A model generated the notes under the pieces. That model was given only the letters and a program-made list of their open reading frames with translations, did not search any database and was not told the origin of the DNA. A stretch of DNA of 64,000 nucleotides from Octopus vulgaris (lineage: Eukaryota), in NCBI GenBank assembly GCA_951406725.2, contig OX597821.1, positions 62,558,001 to 62,622,000 on the forward strand, in the 5' to 3' direction. A program made the translations under genes and the position numbers. Below, piece by piece: positions 1-14,292 of the stretch (its first letter is position 1; each line of letters begins with the position of its first letter).

Positions 1-394
1 GAAAGCGTGTGATGAGAATGTTTGAAACACTCAACAACAATAAAACTGTCACTAAGAAAATGATCACATATACTTCATAGACGTCTTGAAAACACTCCTG
101 ATATATGTTTTATCATATTGTTGTAAAATATCTGCTGTGTTATTTCAATATTTCTTGAACATGTAGTTTTACCGTAACTTGGTATTTAATATGGCCACGA
201 ATCGCAAAGTGATCGCTCCTACTAGCACATGTGTACTCTAAGTTCATTACTTTTCATTCTTAAACGTCTCCGATGATTTGGTAACAAATGCTGATTCCGA
301 ATTTTGTAATTTTGCTTTATGCTAACAATAAAAAGTTTGCGTTCATAAAATTTTGGTAAAATAGTGTAAGTAAACATCTGCTATTCAACCTCTC

Positions 395-564
395 ATGTTC
401 ATATATATACATGTATATATATGTGTGTGTGTGTGTATGAGTACATACATACGTATGTATTATATATGTATAATATATATAAGCATACATATATTATATA
501 TATATATATATGTGTTTGTATGTATATATACATATATTATATATATATATGTGTTTGTATGTAT

Positions 565-595
<31 letters not shown>

Positions 596-660
596 CCCAT
601 ACATACACACACACACATATATATACATATATACATGCATCCATCCATATATACATACAT
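395..660. repeat. Compound (TA)n/(TG)n/(CA)n microsatellite
   Basis: Directly visible dinucleotide runs; explains the overlapping YI/VC-repeat ORFs. Confidence 0.95.
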
Positions 661-2921
661 ACTGTGGATAAACAAATCTGGGATTTACCTACATGGGATA
701 AAATTATAATATAGAAACGGAAATTCACATGAGTTAATATTGGTTGTTTGTCAAACAATTTCAGCTTTTAATTGCACTAAAGCGAGCACATACACACACA
801 CACAGACGTGTGTGTGTGTGTGTTTGTGTGTGTGTTTTCTATTTTTCTACTTTGCTTTCCGGAATTCTGATGTAGCGAGTGGTGCTAATGCTCATTCTGA
901 CTTTGCAATTGCGCATCTTAACTTACCGTCTCACATCATGTTTCTGTGAAACTATATACATTATATTATTCCAGCGTTTTGACGACATTCGTATTCCACA
1001 ACTCTTGCTGCATGCTGTTAATTGCTAGGCCACGCTTACATTTATCGATTTTTCAATCATCAACGTTTCACACTGTTATTTGTCGAATCCAATTTTGACA
1101 TGTTTAGAAGAACTATCTAAAATCAGGACGACGAAAATATTAATTTCAATGTTTATTCTTAGTAAATAGCTCGAGTTGTCAATAAACGACAAATGTGTTG
1201 TACACTGACAACACATTTCCATCTGAAAACATTTCTTCACTGTTAATTGTATCCATCTTTGGTTTTATGAAATACTACTGATAATATAAACACAGTAGTA
1301 AGAGGTATATTTCTTTAAAATCATTTTAAACATAAACAATAAGGTTGTTAATGCATGGCTTCTCAGTGGAATGCTGGTTAAAATGTTGCAGTATTCTATT
1401 GAGTCCATTCAGAAACTCGATTTTTAAAATTTCCTCTGGGTCGATATGACAAACGAAAAATTATTACTCCGGTGGGTCTGATGTAGTGTAAACTTTGCCA
1501 TGTAGAATGGGTTTGTCCCACTGCAAAATATTAAAAGAAATGATATCATCATTGCCATTATGGTTACTGCTATGGTAATTTCTTCTGTCATTATCGTCGT
1601 TATCATAACAACTGCGCATCTTTATTCTATCTAATATGTAATAGAAGCGATCGATAAAAAAATAATCAGGAATATCTTCGTCATCTGTTTGATAGATGTG
1701 ATTCAGCATCGTTAACTACATTTCTTAATTGCCAGCAACAACGTTGACAATCTGAGCAGTTGTTGGGGGATTAACAATGGAGATTTAGAGGTGGGGTTGT
1801 AAGTGTGGTAGTTGTAGAGCTGGTCACCAGATGGTCTTCCTGGCGCTAGATCATAGAGTTGGCGTTGTTTATAGATATAACGCTGTCACGGAATTTAATC
1901 TCTATATATCACGCAGGACATATTAGTTCGTACAATATTTGGATATAGTGAATTATGTTAGATAATACTGTTGGCATCACTTTATATAACTGTATGGGAA
2001 ATATTAGCAACACTAGTGTTAGCAGAATATTTACAAATTTTATGCATGCTTCTGACTATTTTAACTTGAGAGCGGTCAATGTAATCTTGAATTTGAAGCT
2101 AACGCAGGAAGTTGGAAGAAAACTATAGAGTTAATATTAATATACATTATTTTAAATGGACAAACAATGAAACACTTTATAGAGGGTTACAGCAGATTCG
2201 ATCGAACCCGGTATATATCTAGTAACTACGCAAGAATTTGACGATTAATATGAACACGGTCATAACTAGGATAATTGCTGCTAAATACCATAAGAAATAT
2301 AGAAGTGAATAGTATAAACACCAGTCTTTAGACGGTTAATATAACTTGAAAGTGAGATTTATGTAGGTTTCTGTTCTTCACGAGGAACAGTTCCGAAACT
2401 CAAATTTCGTCATGTGAGTAACTCGTGCTTTTTACAATTCAGATATGTTTGGAAATTAATTATGTTCATGTTGATTACTTGCTTAGACACATTCCATGTG
2501 GATTTGTGACATAAAATAGCATAGTGGATTAAATCGAAATCGGCAGTTGACAGCTTCCGCCTGTTATATAACCCAGAAGAGTAAAAGGTCACACTGATGT
2601 TATCGATTTTAAATACTGTAAGTCATTTTGACACGTGCTCTTATGTTGATGCCACACCGCCGTTCTAACTATAAATACTAATAATGACTTCTAACTAAAG
2701 CACACAGCTAGATATTTGAGAGTGCGCGCACCTTAATTTCGAACATAGTTAACTGTTACGTAATTCAAATTATATAAGAATAAATGGACTCAGGTAACGA
2801 ATCCAACATATGAATAACGAAAGCAAATAACAATAATGAGATCTTGCAAGTTCTCATTCTTAAATCAGAAAATTTTTGGGCACTCCGCACTTTTAACTAA
2901 TGGTGACAATGTAAACGTAAC

Positions 2922-3127
2922 AGGTAGTGAGCTGATGCAATCATTATCACACCAGGCAAAATGCTTAGCGGCATTTCGTCCATTTTTACATTCTGATTTC
3001 AAAGTCTACCGAGGTCGACTTTTTCTTTCTTCCTTTAGAGGTTAATAAAATAAGTACCAGTACTAGGGATCTGCATAATCGACTTGCCCCTTCCCTGAAA
3101 CTGCTAGCCTCATGCCAAAATTTGAAA
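2922..3127 (+). mobile_element. tRNA-derived SINE, family A (decayed copy)
   Basis: Aligns by eye to the intact copy at 25500-25731: GAGCTG..AATC.TTA.CAC.CC.GGC.AAATGCTTAGCGGCATTTCGTC ... GAGGTCGACTTT..CTTTC.TCCTTT ... ATAAAATAAGTACCAG. Confidence 0.85.
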
Positions 3128-3614
3128 TGAATATAAACATAAATGGGACATGCCAGAGAAATGTTTTCCAGAGATACATTACGTAGGTTTCTAAATACAT
3201 TCCGGGCTGGTATGTGTCTTCTCACGAATATTACCAGTATACTATACATAATACCATTCAACATAAGACTGACACCTACCATAGTTATATCTAATTATTA
3301 ACAGATACCGTCGTTGTGATTATTATTGTCATAGCATTGTACAAAGTAGTTTCGTGAAAATGAATATTTTTCTTCATTTCATTTATTACTATAGCCTCAA
3401 TTTCGACTAATTTTGGTTGATTTATTTAATTGCAAAATTAATTAATTTTGTCACTTTATGTTTTTTTTCCTCATCTAATTTCGTATATATTCATGTTTTC
3501 GTACAACAGGATGTCAGAGAGATGTGAATGTAAAAATCGAAGTTTTCCTACAGCAAGTAATTACTAAAAGATATACTGATTTTTTCACATCTTTGCTTTA
3601 CTGTGTTTTCTAAC

Positions 3615-3790
3615 AGTTTCGATAAAGGAACAATGCCCGAAATGTTGAGAGGAGGGGATCCTTTTATTTCGTCACCCCACCCCGGTTCTTGATTAATATT
3701 TAGTTTTATCAACCATGAACATAGAAATTCAAAATTGATATCAACAGCGTTTGAATTCAGGGCGTAAAGATCTGGAAGTGATAACAGTTT
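3615..3790 (-). mobile_element. SINE family A, highly decayed
   Basis: Remnants such as TTTTATCAACC.TGAA..ATAGAAA..CAAAATTGA..TCAACAGCGTTTGAATTCAG match the reverse complement of the family A core. Confidence 0.55.
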
Positions 3791-4009
3791 CTAATTTAAA
3801 GAATATTCAGGTGAGAGATCATGTTGAGATCATTAACTCTAGTTCTTCAGTATTGCTAGAAAAATAACAAATCCCAATATAGCCACGATGTTACTTGAAA
3901 ATAGAATGTAGAATTTAGTTAAATTCCACAAGGCATTACTCATTTCTTTCGAACACTCTAAGGAATCTGAAAACTTCGATGGAGGAAAAAAGTTTTAATC
4001 GCATTATTT

Positions 4010-4047
<38 letters not shown>

Positions 4048-4095
4048 CACACACATACACACACATACACAATACACACACACACACACACACAT

Positions 4096-4145
<50 letters not shown>

Positions 4146-4292
4146 ATATATCATTACAGAATTAGGGTGAACACAATTAAAACATTTAAAATTATATAAC
4201 TTTTAGTATAAGATTTTACTGAATATATACATACATACATACGTACATCCATATACATATATTTACGTATATATATATGTATGTATGTGTGC

Positions 4293-4333
<41 letters not shown>

Positions 4334-5149
4334 CGTGTACATGTATGTATATAAGTATGTATGTAGAAACGTATGTATGCATCATTGAATATATGTATTA
4401 TAAGTATCTCTGTACATGCGTGTGTGAGTGAGTGTGTATGTATGAGTGTTGTGTGTGTGTGCTCATGTGTATATGTGCGTGTGTGCGTTACAAAGGAGTG
4501 ACTCCGCTGAGATAGAATTTCAGACACTAAAGGGACATAACTAAATACCACAGGGTATTTCATGGAACTATCAATTCAGCTAGCTGCTTGAGCTTCGTAT
4601 ATCTGAACTGAAGTTTACAATATTTCTTTGTTGAAACGATGCCAGATTATTTTCGCACCTCATAAATAAATAAACTAGATGTCATTTGTGCAAAGTAGTA
4701 GAGGGTGATTGAATCAAGTAATAATTTCTGTCCTATATATTTGCAGATTTGTATCATTATTATTGTTACAGTTTTATTATTGTTGTCTGATGGGATTTAA
4801 ACTTTACATTCTGAACTATATTCCCCACGGACTTCACACGGTCCTTCATTCATATTTTCCCGATCGATAAATTAAGTATGTGTCGAAATCTAGCATCGAA
4901 CATAATGGGCAATGCGCTACAAACGAAGTGTATGAAGCCACTTTTCTTCGTTAGATATTATTTGGTATTCTCTCCCTCAAATGGATTCCCACCGAGTTCA
5001 TGGGTTTTACCTGGTGTTTAGATATTCCGACAATATACACTGCGTAAAGATAGATATAAACTTTCAAACGCATATGTATAAGTACATTAAAGAACGTACA
5101 TACAGACGCATGAACATGCATATACTTATGCATACATACTTACATACAG

Positions 5150-5198
<49 letters not shown>

Positions 5199-5295
5199 TG
5201 TTTGTGCGTTCGTGTGTGTGTATTTAAGTATGTGTATGTATGCACGTGCATATGTGCATTTATATGTACATATATTCATATATGTGAGTGTGTGT

Positions 5296-5342
<47 letters not shown>

Positions 5343-5478
5343 CACTGTACATTTAAACACATAGATATCCATAAATACACTGTATTTATATGAATAATAT
5401 ATAGTCTATTGACTAATTTTTCTACACGCTATGCCACTGGTAGTAAAAATTTCTAAAATTTGTAATACCCTGATATTA

Positions 5479-5518
<40 letters not shown>

Positions 5519-5609
5519 CTATGTATGTATATATGTATGTATGCATATACATAGGTGTGTGCATCTGTCCGAGTATGTATATGGAACCAACACGTAACTA
5601 CATATAGGC

Positions 5610-5987
5610 CGAATCTTAAAGGTCAGCTAAGGACAATCTTATGCGTTACCAATCATGAAGAAAAAATCAACAGTAAAATAAAAATCAGATAACAATCCCT
5701 TTCAAACGGCAACTACTTAAACAATAAGAGAATCACCATCCCACTACATCTACACATTCAAAGCAGTTTGTCAGTAACAACATATCCTGATAAGCTTAGT
5801 GTCTACTAGTAAATTCAGGCCACGACAGACGGAGGGGATGTTCTTGAAGCCGAGGATTTTGAACTTACGGAGACAATATTTACATATCACCCGAGGAAAC
5901 ACAACTAGATCTCGTAATGCAGGGTACCACTTGTATAATCAAATACCTGCACACCTGGAGAAATACGTTGCGTTGAATCAAGTGTAG
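5610..5987 (+). pseudogene. Possible decayed 3' end of a LINE (CR1/L2/Jockey-like) ORF2
   Basis: Frameshifted motifs (LRTIL, RITIP/YIYTF, NTTRSR, GYHLYNQIPAHLEK) resemble the C-terminal ILT.PSLYIY...NTR...G..LYN.LP..IK pattern of these LINEs. Recognised by eye only. Confidence 0.4.
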
Positions 5988-6178
5988 TGATTAAAAAATA
6001 AATGTCCAACCGCACTGCTTCTTGTTGACTCCAATCTTTGCAAATGTATATTCACACACGACAGATGCCCAAACACAAACCTGGAATACGTATATCACAG
6101 GGTAAATCTGAAGGTGGATGAGCATTATAATCTAGTCTACTACATTCTTAAACAGAATATACCCTAACTCTCTCTCTT

Positions 6179-6181
<3 letters not shown>

Positions 6182-6209
<28 letters not shown>

Positions 6210-6210
6210 C

Positions 6211-6270
<60 letters not shown>

Positions 6271-6314
6271 TGTGTATTTTTCCCATTAGGAAGTGCGCAA
6301 CTCAGTCTATCACC

Positions 6315-6390
<76 letters not shown>

Positions 6391-6452
6391 GTGTGTGTGT
6401 GTGTGTGTGTGTGTTTGTGTGTGTTTTGTGTGTGTTTGTGTGTGTGTGTGTA
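6182..6452. repeat. Compound (TA)n/(TG)n microsatellite
   Basis: Directly visible. Confidence 0.95.
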
Positions 6453-6840
6453 TGCTGGCCACTATTATCGTTATTATATTTGAATTATATGAATTTTGTA
6501 TTTTTATTATTTAGTAGTAATTGTGGTATTAACAGTAAAACTTCTACGGTAGTAGTCATGATTTTATTGTTGTTCTTGTTGACGTTGTTGCTGCTGTTGT
6601 CCCTGCTGTTGTTGTTGTTGTATAACATACCTCTATGTTTAATGGAATTTCTTGGTAGCAACATTCACAATAAATTGAGTAGATGAACTTGAGTATAGAT
6701 GAATTAACTACTTAAACAGAGACATTGCATTGGCCTGAAGCTACTTGACATGCCTAACGTCAAGATGTATATCTGGAATCAATAAATTTTTATAATGCAC
6801 TACATATTCTATTGATGTAATTAGGATATAAAGCATTTAC

Positions 6841-6898
6841 GAACTAGCCATAGAAGCTTAACTTTTACAGAGTAGCTTACATGGAATAGTAATTCACT
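6841..6898 (+). repeat. 58-bp dispersed direct repeat, copy 1 (copy 2 at 12986-13043)
   Basis: GAACTAGCC(A/G)TAGAAGCTTAACTTTTACAGAGTAGCTTACATGGAATAGTAATTCACT; one mismatch between copies. Confidence 0.95.
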
Positions 6899-8517
6899 AC
6901 AAACAAGAGCAAATAAAATCATGAATATTAATGAATAGGATATAAAAGATTAACAAATTGCTGAGAAAACTAGACAGGACATATGGAACAAAAATAAATA
7001 AATATTTGTCTCTGCTATAGTTGTCTGCACTCCCTGTGTATTTAAGATTAAATGGATTTGAATTGTATCGCAGAATGAGGCTATTGTAAGGCATATAATC
7101 TATTATAGGTAATAAATCGAACAAACAAAATATTTTAGTGTGCAAATGAATATTATCAGTGATGACGTAAGTAATACTACCAGGACACATATTTTACAGA
7201 TACGTTCATTGCATTTATTTGCAATTGACTTCCTGTCTTGTTAAATTAACGTAAGTCAACAAAAAGTCAAGTGCTCTCTACATATTTGAGAAAACAGGCT
7301 TGAAAAAGAGTTAAAAAGCTCAGTGTGTATTCGTAGCGTTAGGTTCTAGTAATAACGTGACATGTATAACTTATGCGCAGTCACGAAAGAAACCTATCTT
7401 CGAACCAGTCTTAATAAACATATTCATTTGTATCTTAGCTTATTAACTGTGGAAGAACGTAACCAGGTCCTTTACCAATATATATGAATTTCTGTATATA
7501 CCTAACGTGCTGTGCACTATATCTTAGTGAATATCAGCGGAATTATACGTTTCTGATGAAGGTAAAGTAATTTCTATGCAACGGGATATCCTATAAAAGC
7601 GTGAGAAACTAGAAAATTATATTCTACTTAATTACTAATATTGCTGTTCTCTTATGGTATGTAATTGTTGCAGTTTAATGCGTCAAATAAGCTTGCATAC
7701 AGTTATGTATAATTTAACGTTGCAATGGTATTACTGAAATATTACATTTTGAAACAAATCTAGTTTTCTAAGACAAGAATAATGCATTTAGCTATACTTA
7801 GTAGCAGGATGATACGTCATATTGTCGCCAAACTTCTGTAGAAGCATAAAAAAATGTGAAGCAAACTATATTTCGAATTCTTTATTGTACTTTCAGAAGA
7901 AAATGAATTACAAATAATATCAATCATCAATGAACAACGATCTTCATTTTCAAAGAAGAAGCTTTTTACATAGGATACATGCAATAATTATGTCGTATAA
8001 TAATGACAGCTTTCTCTCTGCTATTATCGACATCCTATAAATTCTGGCAGAGACCAGGCACACGAAGAAGCATATCACAAAGTGTAAACAGAAATAAGCA
8101 AAAGCGTGGTTCGGATGAACAGCGCACTACTTATTGATTTGGAAATTCAGAACACTACAGAGATTAACTTTAGAGAGCAATTGTAAGGGTGAGGTTAAAT
8201 GAAGCATTTACGTATCTGTGAAACCGTTCAGTGTTATTAACAAATGTATCCTTTCAGATAACTAACAAATATCATTTGGGCTGCTATAAGCAATTCCAGA
8301 TAGAAATATTTTGATACGATGAGTAGTAACATATTTCACACTCATATATGAGTGTATGTGCATAGTTGTACATGCGCGTGTGTATCGATGCATATATATA
8401 TATATAAACATACACCCAATAATGTATCTAGTTACATATTATTTACTTATATACCTAACTAAAAACAAATACTCGTAACATACAAATATTAATGCTACAT
8501 AGGTAAATCACTTGATG

Positions 8518-8582
<65 letters not shown>

Positions 8583-10229
8583 TATATATATGTGTGTGTA
8601 TATACACAAACACTCACACTCTCACACGTATATGTATGTATTCATAGAAATATACATATATGTGTAAATGTGTGTGCGTGCGTGTGCGCGAGTGCGTGTA
8701 CTTAAGATCAGCATTTGATTTACAAGTGTATGGACAAAGGTACATAAATTTCCGAACATTTTCACACGCAGCCACTTTCCTTTAGAAACACATATTGGCG
8801 GTCATAAAACACATGAAAGATTTTCTGTATCTTTCTTTAGCGAAAGGATTGAAGAGAACCGTATATTAAGATGTGTTTGAGAGAAAATAGGTTATTTCTG
8901 TTATTTGATAGGTTTTCGTTTTGCTATTGTTGGTGTCTTTTTATATATATATTAAAAAAAAAATTAATATACACAAATCTCAGGCAAAATATCTCAAACA
9001 ATAACAAAATACCTCTTGGCAAACTATAAACTTTAGTTTCCATAATTTTGGTGAGTAATTGTGATCAATTCATAAAAGATATCCCGAAGGAATTTAAAGC
9101 AAATATATAAATAAACGAATAAAAAAATAAAATTAAAAAAATCAAGAGAAAAAAAAAGAATTAACAAAAATGAAAATAAACACAAAATCAAATTGAAACA
9201 TTTTCCTCCATAAATAATGTGCAAAAGTATTTCAATTCTAAAGTGTTTATTATATGGAAGGGAAGAAAAATCAATAATCTACCGTGAAACTATTATTAAA
9301 ACATTTAATAATAGAATGCTCAATGCCGTATCCACAGGCTCTGTATCATTGTTGCCTTCCATATATAAGTTACGTTCAATTATATCGACAGATTTTTTCC
9401 CTCTTTTTTTCCAAACTCCATACTTGTCACCTTTAAAATCAATGAATGTGTTTACTATCACGCATAGTGAGGCACATATATAAGGATATAGCCACACAAA
9501 GATAGGATGTCTACATACGAAAATACATATACTCATACATATATATTTGTCTATGTATTTACACACACGATAAAACCACAGTGTATGTACGCAGACATGT
9601 ATTATATATACATATAAGCATATGTTTGTATATATGAATATATGAGTGTGTGTTTGCGTGTGTGTGTATGTGTGTGTACGTGTGCATGTGTATGTATGTT
9701 TAAATGTATATATAAACACTCAGGCACTAAATTAATGGACTTTGTCGAAATGTGTCAGAAGCTCGTGCAGGAGACCCATATTTCTTTTATGTATTTTGCT
9801 GATATATTACCAACTACATAAATGTTTACCTTACTAAGACTATTATAAATCAATACTGACATGTTGATTTACATTATGTGTTGACCGGTAAAATCTCCAA
9901 TCTTACGAAGTTTTCAATGTTCATACTTGTATAATTTCTTGGTTTGGAGTCATGAAATAGTATTTAAAAAAATATTTTCCTATATCAGTTTAAGAAAAAT
10001 AGAAGTGCCTGCTATAATTCAAATCTTTATCCAGGTTCCACCTAAATAATCTCAATATATTCGTAAAGGTGCATATATCCATGCGATATACTCCCTCAGT
10101 TATTGTTCATTTGACGACTGCAGTTAGAATTTAAAATTACAGAATATTCAATTTAACATTCATTAATTCAAATTTCGAAAAATATTTTACAAATAGTACT
10201 TTGTATACAATTTGATATGTAGCCGAAAG

Positions 10230-10446
10230 TAGGCGAAGAGCTTGAAGGATTGTTAGCACGCTGGGAAAAAGCTTTAGAAATATTTTGTCCATCTCTATGT
10301 TCTGAGTTCAAATACCACCGAGGTCGACTTTGCCTTTCCTCTCATCTCAGGGTTAATATATTAAAATACCAATGATGAGAGGGTTGAAATAATTGATATC
10401 AGCGATCCCTTACCGAGATCGCTGGCCTTGTGTCAAAATTTTGAAG
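10230..10446 (+). mobile_element. tRNA-derived SINE, family A
   Basis: AGGCGAAGAGCTTG...GTTAGCACGCTGGG...GTTCTGAGTTCAAATACCACCGAGGTCGACTTTGCCTTTC...GCTGGCCTTGTGTCAAAATTTTGAA. Confidence 0.85.
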
Positions 10447-10876
10447 CAGTATATAGCCTGCGGCAAGTGTAGCAAATAACAATGCGATGCCTTAAATGTA
10501 ACGTATGTTCTATGATATAGTATTATTTACTCAGTAAAACTTGATATGCTGTATTGATGACAATAAATAGTAGAGTGTTCTTGTCTTGAAATACATAATT
10601 TATGGATGCCAAAATACGAAAGTGGAATCTACATTTCTTCACACTTAGAAGTGCGTATTTTGCTGTTCAGGTGCACCTACTTAATACCTCATCTATTGCT
10701 ACTAAATATTTCATCATGAAAAGAGGAAGAGATAAGGAACCTATCCAATTGGTGATACAAAATGAATGTCGATTGTGTAATCTTTAGCAACTGTCCTAAT
10801 ATGCCGCGAGCTAATATATTTTCATGAGTGATCAAAGAATTGCCAAATCCATTTAAAATGCTATTCACAAGAATGT

Positions 10877-11215
10877 TTGCTTTTCAAACGTACACCAGGA
10901 CCCAGGCGCATATATAAATTTAAAAATAAGTGGTACAAGTTTCAGATTCCAATGAAAATTCCTACATGGTTGAAACAGAAAAATAGATTTTCTATTGGAT
11001 TCGAAATATTCACAGACAACTATATACACCAGCTATCCAGTGAAAGCGTACGGCTCATTAAAACTAGAGATGAACATCTATGGAGAACTAAGGATAAATT
11101 AGAGCTCTGATTATATTCAGTGTCTAAGAGAAGCGGTTCAGCTGCCACGTCGGGGTGGTGACGAGATAGCAAAGAAGGATCAATGAATACCTGATGGTGA
11201 TCAAAGCCGTTCATG
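10877..11215 (+). pseudogene. Decayed reverse-transcriptase fragment of an R4/Dong-like (RLE) non-LTR retrotransposon
   Basis: Ordered, frameshifted motifs RTPGPRRIYKF..WYK, IPTWLK, NY-T-PAI and INEYLMVIKAV parallel KAPGPD.I.NFWYK, PEWL, NYRPI and KDQLLIDKAV of R4/Dong RTs. Confidence 0.55.
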
Positions 11216-11408
11216 TTCCACCTTGCAAAATCTCTGCTGGAGAACCTGAGTATGTGTGCACATGAGTGTGTGGGTCCCCCCTCTCTCTCTATCTGTCTAT
11301 CTACATGTTTCTCTCAGCTTCTATTTCGTCTCATACATATATATATATATATATATATACACATGCATATAAGCATATAAGTAAACAGACACACAGACAC
11401 ACACACAT

Positions 11409-11507
<99 letters not shown>

Positions 11508-12661
11508 GATAGCAGAAGTTTGTATTTCGCTAGCGTTTGTTATGTTTTAACGTATATAAACTACGTAACATCTAGTATTTTATCAGCCATCCATCAGTAC
11601 TTTTCAGCTTCAGGGGTTCTTTGACTTCTTTCTTTACTTCACTTTTCAGCTGACTCCAGCTTATACTAAATCTCACGACGCTCCTCCCGTATATGTAATG
11701 TAGCAAAAAGTGCCATTTGAATTTCGTATGATATAGGATAAATATAAACATGCCAAGTTTTACTTTACAACACGTTGCAAATTATGATTTGTAATGCACA
11801 GAGAGCAGCAATTTTTATTCCAATGATCCGTCAATAGTCTCAGAAGATTTTCTCCGAAATGCTACTATTGTATCTCACTTACGACGCATGTACTTTATAT
11901 CTATAGATATCAGGGACTGGGGAAATAATATTTCATTGTGTACATGAAGATTTATTAGGTACGGATAATATAAATTGATGTGGGTGCTTTGTTATCATCG
12001 ATCTGTTTTGTTGAATAACTTTGCTTTTGAGATATCCCCATTGTGAATGCAAAATGGAGCGTGGCTTTCTGTATTAAATGAAAGATTGTTGAATTTACAA
12101 ATGGAAAATAGCAAGCTGTATATTTATGAAGACATACTTTTCTATTTTTTTTATTGTAACTGTTATCGTTAATAAAACTTCCAGTGTTGATGTATTAGTT
12201 GTATTTTGCTGTTCACGTAGAGATTCTTTAATTGTCGATACAATTGCCGTTATAAAAGCTATGGGAGATCGATTTCGAGATGTTAGGGATTGTGGAGCGG
12301 AGTAATATTGTTATTTTTTGTTATGGGTTCTGCTTTTCTTAAAAGCTATTCGTGTTCATGTTGCAGCTGAAATACCACATATAATACTTCTTTCTACCAT
12401 TTCTGAGAAATTCATTCCTTTATAGTAAGGGAGTATTGATTTCTGAAATTGGCTCAAGGCCAGATATTTTGTATGATCGGAAATTCAATTAAATCAATTT
12501 CTGTATTTGGCTAGTATTTATTTTAACAAACCATGAAATATAGAATGTAAGACTGAGTTAGCTACTAGTTGAACTCAGAGCCCAAAGACTCACAATAATA
12601 CTTAAGATAATCATTACAAGCATTAATAATTATTTGTGTGGAATTGTTTATAGGAATATTG

Positions 12662-12840
12662 TTTTCAAATTTTGATACAAAGCTGGCTATTTCGGAGGAT
12701 GGAGCTAGCTGATTTAAACGACTACAGTGTTCAGTTGGTACTTATTTTATCGAAGGAACATGAAACCAGAATGTAAAGACGGACAAAATGCCATTAAGCT
12801 TTTTGCCCGGCGTGCTAATTATTCTCCTGGTACGCCTCCT
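12662..12840 (-). mobile_element. SINE family A (internally deleted); a second decayed copy lies at about 12440-12595
   Basis: TTTCAAATTTTG...TTGGTACTTATTTTATCGA...CAGAATGTAAAGACGGACAAAATGCCATTAAGC.TTTTGCCCGGCGTGCTAA is the reverse complement of family A. Confidence 0.85.
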
Positions 12841-12985
12841 TACTGCCTAGAGGATATTAAAATAGTGTTCATAACTTACAATCTTAGTTGTTTAACTTCT
12901 CTAGAATGGAGTTAATACAAAGTTACCAAAATAATAATTTAAACAGTTCTTGTATATATATCAGAATTTTTGCATAATAAGATAT

Positions 12986-13043
12986 GAACTAGCCGTAGAA
13001 GCTTAACTTTTACAGAGTAGCTTACATGGAATAGTAATTCACT
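12986..13043 (+). repeat. 58-bp dispersed direct repeat, copy 2
   Basis: Near-identical to 6841-6898. Confidence 0.95.
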
Positions 13044-14116
13044 GCTGTATAGATATTAGGCTGTATATATATTAGAGGATTTATAGATATAAGGTCTTAT
13101 AGCTTCTTATATACACACGCTGACATAGAATCAACGTTGAACCATTTATTCGCATTATTAAGTTTGTTGGTTCTTAGTTTTAAACTATATCAGCATTCTT
13201 TAATATTTTTTTCGTGTTATGTTAAATTTGAGTTCAGTATCTATCTCCAAAAGAGGAATTGAAATTGAAATGGAGACGTTTAATGTTATATGAATCACTC
13301 ATAAATTGTCAATGTTACTGATGTATATAGATGAAAATTATATCTATTCATACTTTCTTGATGACAAACTACATACGATGAACTTGATTTAAGTTCACTA
13401 GGCAGCAGCAGTATTGATTCTTTGTCGCGGCATTTAACTAAGGCTATTCTTGGTTTTACACTATATCCATAATACGATACGACGATAAATTATTGAAACT
13501 GTTTTGCTTCTGCCGCTTAGCAACTAAATAAATTCAGGTAAGTGTCAAGCGCACTTTCAAGATGATCGCAAAGAAGTAATATAATTGTATCAACAAACAA
13601 AACGTAAGTGATATCAGTACTGTAACTGCGGTTATAAGTATATATATAAGTATGCCCACACTCACAGTGCAAATAAATACAAGCACGCATATAAATATGA
13701 ATATATATATATAAGCGAGAAGTTGAGATTATAAGAGATAATGGTGTCATTGAGACGTAAAGGTGTCAGGTAATGCTGAATAAGTGCTATAGACAGACCA
13801 TAGTGGAGTACCAGATTGGGTAATAATACGAATAAATGGTTCAACGTCGGTTCTATGTCAGCGTGTGTATATAAGACCTATTTATAAATGCTCTAATACA
13901 GGGGTGGGCAAACTTTTTTGATCGCGGGCCGCACAGTGCGTCTTTGGAACCTTGGCGGGCCTCATTTATAAAAATCAAGTGAAAATATTGTGAATTACCG
14001 TACAGTTACGAAGTATCTGCATAGAAGTTGGGATTCATAAAAGCTCTCGGCGGGCCGCATGAAAACCTATGGGGGGGGCGTAGTTTGCCCACCCCTGCTC
14101 TAATATCTATACAACC
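13044..14116. repeat. Long inverted repeat (arms of about 90-100 bp at 13060-13160 and 13821-14116; right arm interrupted by a MITE)
   Basis: TCTTATATACACACGCTGACATAGAATCAACGTTGAACCATTTATTCGCATTATTA versus TAATAATACGAATAAATGGTTCAACGTCGGTTCTATGTCAGCGTGTGTATATAAGA. Confidence 0.9.
13899..14097. mobile_element. hAT (Charlie-type) MITE, 199 bp
   Basis: Perfect 16-bp TIRs CAGGGGTGGGCAAACT / AGTTTGCCCACCCCTG; 8-bp TSD CTCTAATA at 13891-13898 and 14098-14105; subterminal GCGGGCC motifs. Confidence 0.95.
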
Positions 14117-14181
14117 TTTGCTTTTTATTTTATTACGCCAAAAATTCATATATATATATACATACATACTTACACACATAC

Positions 14182-14228
<47 letters not shown>

Positions 14229-14244
14229 AACACACACGCACGCA

Positions 14245-14284
<40 letters not shown>

Positions 14285-14292
14285 CATATATA

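Noticed and set aside
7545-7625. Hammerhead at CTGATGA (7553) ... GAAAC (7605)
   Set aside because: No convincing stem II, no NUH triplet and no stem I partner; at best an unrecognisably decayed copy.
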